The notes under the pieces were generated by a model. The model did not search any database and was not told the origin of the DNA. It saw nothing but the letters and a program-made list of their open reading frames with translations. Positions 1 through 12,344 of a stretch of 64,000 nucleotides of DNA are shown piece by piece. The position numbers and the translations under genes were made by a program. The DNA is from Octopus sinensis (taxonomy: Eukaryota): positions 40,920,001 through 40,984,000 of the forward strand of contig NC_043004.1 of the NCBI RefSeq assembly GCF_006345805.1. Direction: 5' to 3'. Within the stretch, counting starts at the first letter, position 1. Every line of letters starts with the position of its first letter.

Positions 1-296
1 AAGAGTAAGAGTATCCTACTACCAAATCCACTCACAAGGCTTTGCCCAAGGTACCACACAACAGAACTTCTCAACTACACAGCAATGCATGCACCTATCC
101 CAGCTTTATAATAGGTACACCACATTCCTGAGTGTTGTAAGAGACAACTAAAAAAAGCATTCGCAACACGAAGGGTATATGGTCATGAAACACCATCTTG
201 GAAAACCTCTCCATACCAGCATGAAATAATGATGATGACAGCACCCATTGTGGAGAGAAAGAGTCATCAGCATAACAAACACTTCTAGTAAGACAG

Positions 297-532
297 AAGG
301 TGAGCTGGCAGAATCGCTAGCATGCCGGGCAAAATGCTTAGCGGTATTTCGTCTGCTGCTACATTCTGAGTTCAAATTCTGCTGAGGTCGACTTTGCCTT
401 TCATCCTTTCGAGGTCGATTAAATAAGTACCAGTTACGCACTGGGGTCGATATAATCGACTTAATCCGTTTGTCTGTCCTTGTTTGTCCTCTCTGTGTGT
501 AGCCCCTTGTGGGTAGTAAAAAAATAGAAATA
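297..532 (+). mobile_element. tRNA-like-headed SINE with Meta-like central box
   Basis: Head AGCTGGCAGAATCG...GAGTTCAAATTC (B-box-like), then GCCTTTCATCCTTTCGAGGTCGATTAAATAAGTACCA. Homologous fragments at about 4880-5010, 7930-8120, 26320-26600, 43200-43335 (-) and 50115-50280 (-). The MetaSINE assignment is from recall. Confidence 0.8.
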
Positions 533-1800
533 TGTCCACAGTTGTCACTGCCGAATCTTGAATCGTTTCCCTTTATACTGCCAACATTCCAAAATGGTGA
601 GGTTGTCTGTCTCCTCCCTGCTTTTTTTTTTTTTCTTGCTTTAACTACAATGTTGGAATTGTCTCCTTTCACTTTCTTTTCCATTTTGCTTTATATTTAA
701 TTACTAAAGCCAAAAATTATTTCTCCTTGGATGTAATTGCAATTAATTTGCAATTCTTAATCCACAACATTAAGTACATTAGCACCAACCTTACCACTTG
801 GTTTTCATGCAGAACACGTCCCAAGGTATTTTACTTTAGTCTTTCCTTTATAATTAGTCATTATATAGTAACCACTTCAAACTGAAGTAGGTAAGAAAAT
901 TTAACACTATAGAAATACACAGCACAAAAGTAGCTTGAGTACACACACACACACACAAAATATCTCAAATTCTTTAATGGCTTATTGAACAAACCATTGA
1001 TGACTGACTTTTTGAAACATATCAAGAAGGCAAATCAAACCTGTTAGAACCAATTCACTCCGAGCTATTGATATCATAGACAACAGTTGGAACCTGTTAG
1101 ATGCAAGAATAAGGAAATATGATATGAAACCAGTTTCCATAACTCACCAGGCTCTTCAGGAAGGTTACCAACTTATAGCAATTACACACACACATGCTAT
1201 GCATATAATCTTTTGTTCTTGTACTCATGTACATATTCTAATCCTTTATCAAAACAATGTATTATATTAAATACTTGAGACAAAGAAACTTTATCTGTAA
1301 ATCTATCTCCACATCTTTTACTCCACTTTTACTAGCTTCAGTTCGAGAACTGCAGTTATACTGGAGTACTGCCATTAGCTTTACTACACTTTCACTATTT
1401 CTGATATGTGGCATTTGGTGAATGAGGGAGTTTGATGTTGGCACCCTCATCTGTGTTTCTTGCTTTGAGGTAGGTTCATCTAGAACCCTTGACAGGGGAA
1501 GATCCTATTTTGTTTTGAAGACGTCCATATCCACCCCATGTTATTTTTTAAATTTTATTCAATTAATTTATTTTTGCATCAAGATAGAATACCATAGTGA
1601 AAGTTCATGGCTTAGTGGTTAGGGTGTTGCACTCATGAATGCATGATTGTGGTTCTATTCCTGAACTGGTGAGTGTGTTGTATTCTTGAGTGAAACGCTC
1701 CATTTCACATTGCTCTAGTCAACTCACAATTATAGGCATTTGTTAGCAGGACAGTGTGACAAACCAAGAAGTACTGGACAGAGCTTTTTTTGTTGTTGTT

Positions 1801-2102
1801 GTTTGTTCCTTCTCAAGCCATGCCTGGCTCATAAGGGCCAGTTTCCCGGTTTCCTTGGCGTATAAGTTCCCCACCTGGACGGGACGCCGGTCCATCGCAG
1901 GTGAGCTGCAAGATGCAGGAGGGAAGAGTGAGAGAAAGTTGTGGCAAAAGAGTCAGCAGAAGTTTGCCATTACCTTCTGTTGGAGCCGCGTGGAGCTTAG
2001 CTGTTTCACTCATAAACACAAGCATTGCCCGGTCTGAGATTTGTACCCTTGATCCCTCGACCGCGAGTCCACTGCTCTAACCACTAGGCCATGTGCCTCC
2101 AC
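1801..2102 (-). mobile_element. tRNA(Arg-like)-headed SINE with V-like domain, full length (OR-type)
   Basis: The reverse strand reads GGAGGCACATGGCCTAGTGGTTAGAGC..., then a CTGCGATGGACCGGCGTCCCGTCCAGG V-like box and an (AAC)n tail. 14-bp TSD ACTGGACAGAGCTT at 1773-1786 and 2103-2116. Confidence 0.9.
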
Positions 2103-2160
2103 ACTGGACAGAGCTTGTTCACCAAGCATTCAGTTAATGTTGCTGAAGGTTTAGCTACAC

Positions 2161-2500
2161 TGGACTAGCCATGTCATCAGACAGCTGTTATACAGCAAGC
2201 TCACACAAACGAGGAAGACCTAAAGTGAAGTACAAAAATACTATGAAAAGCAACATTCACACCAAGCAAACTTGAAGCTTCTAGCACAGACACACCGTGG
2301 AGGCCTCTCGCTTTACGAGCAGTAGTTGCCTTCGAAGAGAACTGGCAACAGTGTCTCGACGCTGCAGAATATGTGACAAAGTCGGGGCAGATGCTTCCCT
2401 GTGACATACAGAAGCATCTGCCTCAATCCAGTCAACAGACTATCGCTGTGACATCTGTGAGTGCCTGTGTGCTTCCAGCTTTGGACTGTGGGAGTCACTT
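2161..2500 (+). pseudogene. Decayed C-terminus of an RTE-type non-LTR ORF with terminal C2H2-like zinc finger
   Basis: Manual translation gives WTSHVIR..QLLYSKL, GRPKVKYKNTMKSN and DYRCDICECLCASSFGL..SH, with frameshifts. Confidence 0.7.
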
Positions 2501-3299
2501 ACACTCTGATTGCTGAGTGATGGTCACTGATGGACTACCTACCAGTCAACTAATCTGTAAATGGGCAACCCTGAAGACAGACTAGCATTCCAGTTCAGAG
2601 GAATGCTGTGATCTCAGTCATTTAAACGTCATGGAAACCAGGTCATCAGCCATGTGAGTCATAGAACTCGAGACAATAATGTCCAAGGATTGATGATGAT
2701 GATTCTGTGTTGTTTTTTTTTCTTGAACAGACAATAACCAAATAAAATTCTTTTAAACATAATAGTTTGCTTTATGGTCAGTATTCATAGCTTGAATAAA
2801 AAAAAAATCAGAATTACATTATGTTTAAGTTATTTTATTCTTTTAATGTTTAACGTGATAGCAATTAAAAGTCAATGACAACCACACAGAACATCTATTC
2901 AGTTGAGTGTATAACGATAAAAATAACAGTCTGTTTTGTCATCAGATATAATCTCAGTTTACAAAGCTAAAAAAAGGTTACAAGACTGTTGACTTATGAT
3001 TGCATCTTCAGATTTCTTTCACAGATGAGTTTGCTACTTAAAAAAGATGTGCATCTTGTGAATAATTAAAAACAACATCTATTGTTTGAACACATGGCAT
3101 GTAAAGTTTACTGTACTGAAACAAAAACATTTTCAAAATGGAAAACAAAGTGTCCGATTTATTTGAGCATGTGTGGATGTCTGTGCACAGATGCACAAAA
3201 ATATGTATCTTTCTGAATGTCTGACCTTCCTTCAAAAGCATTCCAAATACAACCATCCCATCTATATTTAAGAGTTCCAGCCATGACCAGTCTTTCGTT

Positions 3300-3600
3300 C
3301 TATTACCTCTGCCTTTGCTAAGGAGGTTTGTTTGTTTGTTTGTCCATGAACAAGATTTCTCAAGAACTGCCAGATGGATTCAAATGAAACTTGTTTGGCC
3401 TCATGCCTGGCACAAACTGATTAGATTTTGGGATCGACCTGGAACCATACAAAGATTCTGAATTATTTTTCCTGTTTTTTTACTTAATTTTTGAGAGCGG
3501 TCAGGTTCATTTTTAGTATTCTCATTTGTAAGAGCAGTTGGGTTTATTTCAGATATTCTCATTTTAAAAATCACCTCTGGCTAATCGTTGAAAGGATGTT
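3300..3600 (+). mobile_element. Non-autonomous Helitron/Helentron-like (HINE-type) fragment
   Basis: TATTACCTCTGCC...(GTTT)n...GATGGATTCAAATGAAACTT layout resembles HINE-type elements. No coding support. Confidence 0.45.
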
Positions 3601-5212
3601 GGTGTTGCCTTGACAAAGGTTTGTACTGAGTGCTCGTCTTATTATTTTTTTTTTTTGAAAAGTAGTCAGTCTAACTGTAACCATCTCACATTCCAAGTTT
3701 TCCCATCTTGTCTTTTGCTAAGGATGCATGGCCTAGTGGTTACGATATTTCATGCCAATCACAAAATCACGGTTTCAATTCCTGGACCAAATGGTGCATT
3801 GCATTCTTGAGCAAAACACTTCATTTCATATTGCTCTGCAATCTACTCGAACATGTAGCACACTGTACCCATTTCAATTTGGCAGAGAGAGTGAGTCCAT
3901 GTACCTAGTACTTATTCAATCAGTCACTTTTTATTGAATCATTAAGTTATCAGGAGATAAACAAACCAACAAGGGATTTTCAAATGTGGGACAGGCACAG
4001 GATGTTTCCAAAAACAGGATTGAGATGGTCAAAACACTAGAATAGTCACATTTTGAATATCCTTGATAGTTTGGGCCTGGTTTCTATGGCTGGATGCCCT
4101 TCCTAATGTCAACCATTTAACAGAATGTACTGGGGGCTTTTCACATGACACCAGCAGCAGTAAGGTCATCAACTGGTTATGGGTAAATATAGAGGGATAG
4201 AAAGGTGCCTTGTGTTAGAAGAGAGATGGCTTCCTTTGATGGAGAAAAGAAGAGAGAAAGGTGGTGAAGATGTGACAAAGCGGGGGCAGAAGCTGTATAT
4301 CCAAATTACAGGGTGAGTGAACTAGGGATCCAAGGGGGTGTATAGGTGAGCGAGTTCACAGAATTTCAAAGGGAGAGTGAAAGCTGGAGGTGAAGGGAAG
4401 GGATTTAACAGAAGTATATTGTGTGCAGGTAGGCTGGTAGACACATGAGAGAGAATGGAGGAGAAGTAGGGAAACAGCAGTGGTGAGCACGAGTGGGTTG
4501 GGAGAGAGGGAAGGACTCATGAATATGCATTTTACTTCGCTGGGCAGGTTTTCTCAAGCATCTGGCCATTTATCTCAGTATTTCATTATCTACTCTGTGA
4601 GACTCAATTACCTGAAGATCATTTCTCACCACTTCATCTCATGTCTTCCTGGGCCTTTGACTTCCACAAGTTCCCTTTACATTTAGAGACCGACACTTCT
4701 TTAGGGCAGCTGTTTTATTCATACGCATCATATAACCATACTAGCATAGTCCCCTCTTGCACACTACATCTGATGCCGCTTATATCCAATTTCTCTCTTA
4801 AAATACTTTATCATACATGCACACTAACATTGCACACCCAGCAGAGCATGCTGGGTTCACTTCTTTCAAGCATTTGCATGGACAAAAAGTTTAGCAGCAT
4901 TTCATCAGTCTTTAAATTCTGAGTTCAAATTCCACCAAAGTTGACTTTGCTTTTCATCCTTTTGGGGATCAATAAAATAGATACCAATTGAGGACTGGAG
5001 TCTTGTAAATGACTTTTTCCACTCTTTACCGAAATTACGTAGAAATATCTTGAAATGCTAATGAGTAAATTTATTCAATAAAATTGCTATTGGTTTCAAC
5101 CATAGCCTCCAGATGATTTCAGAATCTCAACCAAATATAAAAGTGTTTGTATATATATGAGTGTGTGTATGAGTACGTGTGTGTTTGTATTATGCAATTA
5201 TGCATGTATGTG

Positions 5213-5269
<57 letters not shown>

Positions 5270-5409
5270 ATGAAGGTGAGAGCTATTAGAGATGAAGTGT
5301 ACTGTTTGTCATAGACACATATGTGTAATAAAAAAGCCTTGTGCCAAAATTAGAAAGAATAATTAATTTCTAAAGAAAATGAATGTGATTTTCATCAGTA
5401 TACAACACT

Positions 5410-6240
5410 ACACATCTTTTATGTTTTACCTATTTCAGTCATTAGACTGTGGCCATGCTGGGGCACTGGGTTGAAGAATTTTTAGTCAAATGAACTGACC
5501 CCAGTACATATTCCTTTTTCTCAAGCTTAGTATTCATTCTATCATCTCCTTCACTGAACCACTAAGTTATGGAGGCATAAACAGGGATGGAGTGGGACAA
5601 ACACAGACACAAAGACACACACACACATATATACAAAGGTGTAGGAGTGGCTGTGTGGTAAGTAGCTTGCTTACCAACCACATGGTTTCGGGTTCAGTCC
5701 CACTGCATGGCACCTTGGGCAAAGTGTCTTCTACTATAGCCTCGGGCTGGCCAAAGCCTCATGAGTGGATTTGGTAGACGGAAACTGAAAGAAGCCCATC
5801 GTATGTATGTATTTATAGATATGTGTGTGTGGGGGGGGGGTGTATGTTTGAGTGTCTGTGTTTGTCCTGCTAACATCGCTTGACAACTGATGCTGGTGTG
5901 TTTACATCCCCATAACTTAGTGGTTCTGCAAAAGAGACCGATAGAATAAGTACTAGGCTTACAAAGAATAAGTCCCGGGGTCAATTTGCTCGACTAAAGG
6001 TGGTGCTCCAGCATGGCCATAGTCACATGACTGAAACAAGTAAAAGAGTAAAGAGTATATAATATATATATATATATATATATACGATGGATTTCTTTCC
6101 ATTTCCATCTACCAAATCCACTCACAAGGCTTTGGTCAGCCTGAAGCTACAGTGGAAGACACTTGCCCAAGGTGCCATGCAGTAGGACTGAACCCAGAAT
6201 TATGTGGTTGGGAAGCAAGCTTCTTACCACATAACTGTGC
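5410..6240 (-). mobile_element. Older CORE-like SINE (minus) split by a younger plus-strand copy of the same family
   Basis: 3' half at 5410-5640 and 5' half at about 6085-6240 (ACTTGCCCAAGGTGCC core) flank the insert at 5643-6055. Confidence 0.75.
5643..6055 (+). mobile_element. CORE-like tRNA SINE, near full length
   Basis: AGGAGTGGCTGTGTGGTAAG head, GGTTCAGTCC B-box, CACCTTGGGCAAAGTG core, central microsatellite and GAAACAAGTAAAAGAG tail. Confidence 0.9.
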
Positions 6241-7238
6241 TGTGGCATAGAAAATAAAAAAAATATTTTTTAACTGAGAATTATTTGAGAAAATTCTGGT
6301 GGTTGGGAATCATTTAAACAAGACCTCACTTTACACAAAATCTTCAGAGTTCTAAATTTTTTTTTAAATGTTTGCTAAACGAAAATATAAATGTATGACA
6401 AGCAAAAGAGACTCTTTTATATGTTTATTATACACTTGATATTCTGTGATATGTTATTATTCAGTTAGTCACATGTAGTTAGATATATATACATTAAAAA
6501 AAAACAAAAAAAAACAAGAATGTTTTCTCTTTGAAAAGCTTCCAGACCAAATTATCATTATCAGAAACCGGAAATCGCGACATCTTGACCTACAGACTGT
6601 TTCAGTTTAAATGATTAACGTGTTGGATTCTAGGAGTTTTTTTGTTTTTTTTTTCTTTTTTCTTCCTCTTTCCTTCACTCACCAATTTTCTGCTCTGGTG
6701 TTTGTATAATTCCTTCACGTTACTTTTGTACTGTGAGTTAGTTAATAACAGTGTGTGTGTGTGCGTGCTCGAATTTCGAATCAATGTAGTCATGTATCAG
6801 TGTATGTGTGTGTGTATAAGTGTCAGTATGAGTGTGTGGGTGCAGCAGTGTCTGTAGGTGTGTGTAAGTGTATGAGAGAGTGCAGATAAAAATAAAGTGA
6901 TCATGCTAATGTACACACAACACGTATAACAAGTGAACATGTCTGTTTATGAGCCAATTCAAATTTTCAATTGATTTATTTCAACCACAAGATTACATGT
7001 ATAAACAGGCAAATATCAATTAATTACGGCCTTTTTTTTGGCGTGTACGTCATTCAGTACATAACACTTTCATTTGCATAAATTCATGCCTTTGGCCAAT
7101 TTGAGTTATATTCCCCCGTAGATTTTTACATGTTGAACGGAGTCCCACCCATAAGGGACAATAGCAGGATCTGTCGAAACGACTATTGTACAAAATAAAG
7201 ATTAGTACCAAATCTATCTTCTCGTTACTTAATAAATT

Positions 7239-7276
<38 letters not shown>

Positions 7277-7277
<1 letters not shown>

Positions 7278-7486
7278 GTATCACGGGTTCGAATCTCAGA
7301 CTGGACGATGTGTGTTTATGAGCGAAACATCTAAGCTCCACGCGGCTCCAGCAGAAGGTAATGGTGAACTTCTGCTGACTCTTTCGCCACAACTTTCTCT
7401 CACTCTTTCCCGTCCAGATGGGGAACCTATATGCCAAGGAAATCGGCCCTAATGAGCCAGGCGTGGCTCGAGAAGGAACAAACAAT
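7277..7486 (+). mobile_element. 5'-truncated, internally deleted V-like OR SINE
   Basis: Colinear with 1801-2102 and 62111-62425, but lacks the head start and part of the V box. Confidence 0.8.
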
Positions 7487-7993
7487 ATATATATATATAC
7501 ATACACACACACACACACTCACACACACATACATACATACACAGGTGCAGCTGTGTGGTTAGAGGTTTGCTCTCCAACTATATGATGTCAAGTTCAGTGC
7601 CACTACATGACACCTTGAGTGAGTGTCTTCTATATCCTTAAGCCGAAGGTATAGTGTGTGTCCTCAACCTCCAGTCTTTACGCTATATTAGCATTTCGGT
7701 AAAAGAAACTATGTTTAACAAAGAAATAAGTTTGCCTATATGTTTGCCTTATAAGAAATAAGGGCGAACCCTTGGTATAAGTACACACGTGACTTTATTT
7801 ACATTTCTGAAGATAACAGAAACCCTTTTCTCCTACCCCTAACCCCCCATATATAAAAAAAACACTTTCTTGAAATGTATCCGGTACTTATACCAAAGTT
7901 ACGTAAAAATTGAAAGATACGCTATTGCCAAAATGTTTAGCAGCATTTCGTCCGTCTTCATGTTCTAAGCTCTAACTCCCCTGAGGTCAACCT

Positions 7994-8077
7994 GGCGAAG
8001 GTAAAGAATACGTATACCACCCGTTTTCGGCATAACAAAACTCTAACCATCCAGTGTACGTATTCTTTATTTTCGCC
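7994..8077. mobile_element. ~85-bp MITE (GGCGAAGGTAAAGAATA TIR) inserted in a Meta-like SINE
   Basis: Inverted termini. The host SINE resumes at CTTTGCCTTTCATCC. A second copy lies at 43091-43179. Confidence 0.7.
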
Positions 8078-8143
8078 CTTTGCCTTTCATCCTTTTGAGA
8101 TCGATAAAATAATACCTACCCGCGAAACTGGAAAGCAATATTA

Positions 8144-8555
8144 GGATCTTTTCGGTTTGAATGGCAGTTTTTTCTAGCAGTGTCATATAAAATTGTCACC
8201 CATAATTATAACCCTAGTATTGATCTATTGCATTTCAATCTGGGTTAGGGTTAGGGGTGGGAAGAAGGGTATCTTTTTTTTCTTCACAAATGTAAATAAA
8301 CCCAATCTGTTTCTTAAACGAGGGACATATTCATACGGCACAGAATGTTTTTTAACTCAATAGACGTCAGTGATTGGTTGAAATTGCAGAAATTGAAGAA
8401 AAAAAACAACAAATATCTTACAAACTATAGAATTTTCTCAATAAAGCCAAGAGAAAAAGATGTTTTATAAACACATTCTACCAGTATACGAAGTTTAAAA
8501 GTGTTTAGTTACCTAGAAATTATGTTAAAAACTGCCGTTCAAACCAAAATGATCC
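8144..8555. mobile_element. ~400-bp GGATC-ended MITE, copy 1
   Basis: TIR GGATCTTTTCGGTTTGAACGGCAG-like at both ends. 11-bp flanking duplication AAGCAATATTA. Confidence 0.9.
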
Positions 8556-9766
8556 AAGCAATATTATAGAAACTTCGAGAAAGAGAAACATTGTCGAATG
8601 TACAACGTATACAACGACATGCTAGTCACCCAGTTTACAAATAAATCCTCATCTTACGGAAGTGGACACTAAGATTAATCTGAGTTAATTACCATTTTCT
8701 GATATGTTTTAGAGACAAAATAGCTCATCTTGGAATTTTTGTAGACATTCAGCGATTTCACACGCGTAGTGTAAATAATACTTTTTGAGCAAATGTGGGA
8801 GTCTGTGACTACTAAGGCTAATTAAACCGACTTAATTACCGTTTTATAATGCATTTTTTAAACAATAAAACAAAATACTTCAGAATTTTTGTAGACATTC
8901 GGCAAGTTCAACATATATCTATGTGGTCGCTTTCCGTTTCGTAACGGAAGTTATTATTTGCATACGTATTCAACAAAATGACCACCACTACCTACCTTTC
9001 TTTTTTTTTTAAGTAGAAAATATATCTATAGATTGGCTTTTGTTTGTGAATAATTTTTTGGGGAAGATTTACCCCACCACCATTTTCTCCACAATTTTTT
9101 TTTTGTGTCCAAAACCCCCGTTTTCAGATACGGAGATTCCGGAAAATTGCCAAAAACCGGCATTTTGAAATTTTCGCCCCACCCCTCCCAATTTCTTCAT
9201 TTTTCACTAACTCTAAAACCCTAACCGTAACCACAAAAATTTTTGGTAATTTTTTTCAGAATCCATAATCTCCATATTTTTCTGCATATTTTGAAAAAAA
9301 AACCCAAAAAAAAAAAATTCTGAAAAAGTTAAAAATGAAGAACTTAGGCAGTGGGTAATTTTAAAATGCCAATTTTTGCCATTTTTTTTTCTCTGTAGCC
9401 GAAAACGAGGGTTTGTGTAGAAAAATAAATAAATAAAGGGGGTGTTTTTTTGTGGGGTACAAAAAGAAGTCTTGCCAATTTTTTTTTCCTCTTATGTTAA
9501 GTAAGTTTGAGCTGACTGGCCATGATAAGACCCCTAGCAAGGAGACGGGGAGGGAGAAGTCTTTCCCCTCTACCTCAGGGCGGATGCGTGAAGGGTTATA
9601 AATTTTTCTCTTGCCTACCATGCTTGTTAATTAAAAGTGGGGGCGCCAATCTAGTATTTGCACTCAAGCACAAAGAACCCTCACAACGACACTGGTCTTG
9701 CTCGAATATGAGCCATGGAATCCCAGTCATAACCATACCTCTTTATTTTCACAGAAAATTCATTTG

Positions 9767-10359
9767 GGATCTTTACCTTTTGACCGACAGCTTTAAAAAA
9801 TAATCGTTTGTAACTAAACACTTTCAAACTTCGGACACTGGTAGAATGTATCATATAAAACATCTTTTACTCTTAGCATTTTTGAGAAAAACTTATATTT
9901 ACAAAGTTATTTCATGTTAAAGTTCTCGTATTTCAGTAATTTCAACCAATCAGTGACGTGTATTCAGCTAAATAAAATTACTACTGTTGTTTGTTAACAA
10001 TAACTATCGGCGGTGTATTTTTGTCACTGCTATTTACGACATCATTCGTGCGTTTGTACTAGTTTTAGCTTTAGGGTTTTAGGGTTAGGGTTGTCATAAC
10101 GAAATATACACCGCCGGAAGTCCTTGTTGACAAATAACAGCAGTATTCTTTATTCAGCTGAATACAAATCACTGATTGGTTGAAATTATCAAAATATGAC
10201 AACTTTAATGTGAAATAACTTCGTAAATATAACCTCTTCTCAAAAATGTTAAGAGTAATAGATAATTTTAGATGACACATTCTACCAGTGTCCGAAGTTT
10301 GAAAGTGTTTAGTTACAAAAAATTATTTTTTAAATCTGTCGGTCAAAAGGTAAAGATCC
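9767..10359. mobile_element. 593-bp foldback MITE, sister family of the GGATC MITE
   Basis: Perfect 24-bp TIR GGATCTTTACCTTTTGACCGACAG, extending imperfectly to roughly 240-bp inverted arms. Central TTAGGG-like run. Confidence 0.85.
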
Positions 10360-10872
10360 AAAATCTGGCCGATAAACACAAATGAAATCTAGTGATGACA
10401 TCATTACAGAACTATCCCGTCAGATTTGTTCTGGAATACAATAAGAGACTAGCTCTGAAAACAAAAGAGAGAGCTTAGATGGCAATATGAATTGTCAAGA
10501 ACTTAGTGATGTGAGAGCAGCAAATTCTTACCTTTAACAGAGTCTCCTCAATTATGACTGACCAAATGCTATGTAGCAAAAAGAACCGTCTTGCACCAGA
10601 CATAGGCAATCTATGGGGCTTTCTGAACGGCATGTCTAATGAAAAATTACCTTCAATTTTTTAGTAGTACAACCCGCCAGATAACGAGACATGTCTCATG
10701 CGGCCCACTTCTCGAAAACGGTTAACCATGCCTGGTCTCCACTAACACTAGCAGACTCACACAATTAAAGTCATATGTTTTTACTCCTCTTGGAACACAC
10801 ATTCACCCAATAAGAACAGAAACCTGCAAAACACTCGACCTTCTTTCCTTGGAACTGTTGTGTTCCATGTAA

Positions 10873-11321
10873 ATCTCTCTCTATATAAATGGCAGTTTGT
10901 CTGTCTGTATGTCTGTCAGGTTGTACCCTCACCCTGACCACGGCTTTCAACCGATTCTGATGAAACTTGACACACATATAGCCCAATGTCATAATTCAAA
11001 ACTAACGCAGCGAAAATTTTGAAAAGTTCCCCCAGTTCTGAAAAAGTTGACATGGGGTCGAGAATCTAAGTTTTTTATATGCAACACATTTTCTGGGCTG
11101 TACGTGGCTGTTCACGCGTTGGGAGGCGCAATGATGTTTTCATGTTTTCACCCAAAGGGACAGCTAGGAACCTCGTATACACAGAAGTATTCGAGTGAAG
11201 AGAAGACATTGCAAGCTACACATGCGCCTTCATTCCCTAGAGGGAAAGGACTAGATTGGGATTAGTCATTGCCTACTAGGGGCTCTTACATACCCGGGCA
11301 ACGCCGGGCTATGCTGCTAGT
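10873..11321 (-). mobile_element. Non-autonomous rolling-circle (Helitron/Helentron-like) element
   Basis: Reverse strand starts ACTAGCAGCATAGCCCGGCGTTGCCCGGG and ends (GACA)n...TTTATATAGAGAGAGAT, the same termini as 32948-33344. Confidence 0.7.
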
Positions 11322-12344
11322 TTTAAATAAAGCAGATGATGAACTAAAAGCAACACGCTACCCTTATTTTTCTTTAGAATTCTTCATCATTGTTAAATTA
11401 ATCTCGTTTATAAAATCCTGTTCTCCAAACAAACAGATTGAGATGCATGATTAAACATTTTTTTTTTTATATAATAACAAAATAAATTAACAAGCTTATT
11501 TGAGGTCATTCACTAAACTATGATATATGCTCGCATGGAAATTTTTAATGCAAAAGTAGTTTCTGCTAATTAACGTGTAATAAGAAGACTGGTAAACATT
11601 TCCAGGTATTTTGCTTATCTGCCAAAGAAACTCAAATAATCTACTTGGACATTCTTAATACAGACCAGCTGTCACCTAAACTGTGGTTCTCGCATCACAT
11701 ATGGCTTTTTGTCATTAGCAAAACTTCATGCACGAATTGCTTTATTATGGCCATGAGTAATCTTGTTGATGTGTCATTATATTATTTAAATCTGCTTTGC
11801 TTTAATCGAAATGAATAAAATTATTATCTGAAAACTGATTATGTATGCTGTGATAAACATTCGTGGATATAATTATTTACGTACAGTTATCTATTATATT
11901 CTTTCGGTTACTGATCGTAGAAAGAAAGCGGAGGAAATATCGTAAGCAACCGGCATGTGAAGGTAATTAATGGTATTTTCGAAAAAGAATTTTTTTCAGT
12001 ATCATAATCTCAACATTCGACAGTTTTATAGTGTTACTACCGCTAATAGTGACAGGTAGTTCCTATTTTGCTTGTGAATTGTAGCTATTTGAGAAATTAA
12101 CTGTCATACTTTGAAATAGCATACAGCTGATGGTTATTGTTGTTAGTGATGCTAAATACCAGATCAACCATGACTGAGCAAGCTTATGATCAAAGCAGAG
12201 TTAATATGAAGTTTAGTGTCCTTAAAAAAAGTAGAGGTAAATTGCTATAGAAGCCAAAAGTGATGACGAGAATCATACGTCATCAGTTTCCCGGATGACA
12301 TAAAGAAGCTAAACTGAAAAAGATGGTAAATGACGTCATCTTAC

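Noticed and set aside
148-684. 178-aa ORF
   Set aside because: Its centre is the antisense strand of a SINE, and its start lies in a poly-T tract.
1262-1470. Coding-like segment with an 80-codon minus frame and a plus-strand GAG|GTAGGT donor
   Set aside because: No family recognised, in-frame stops in the plus frames, and no good acceptor on the minus strand.
6500-6590. Minus-strand ATG (MSRFPVSDNDNLVWKLFKEK) overlapping CCGGAAAT/TCGCGA motifs
   Set aside because: Runs into poly-T with no clear donor. Cannot be supported without expression data.
7140-7200. GACA..TGTC-GAAAC followed by AATAAA resembling a Penelope or hammerhead end
   Set aside because: No recognisable CUGANGA-type core and no stem I pairing. 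At best an undiagnosable relic.
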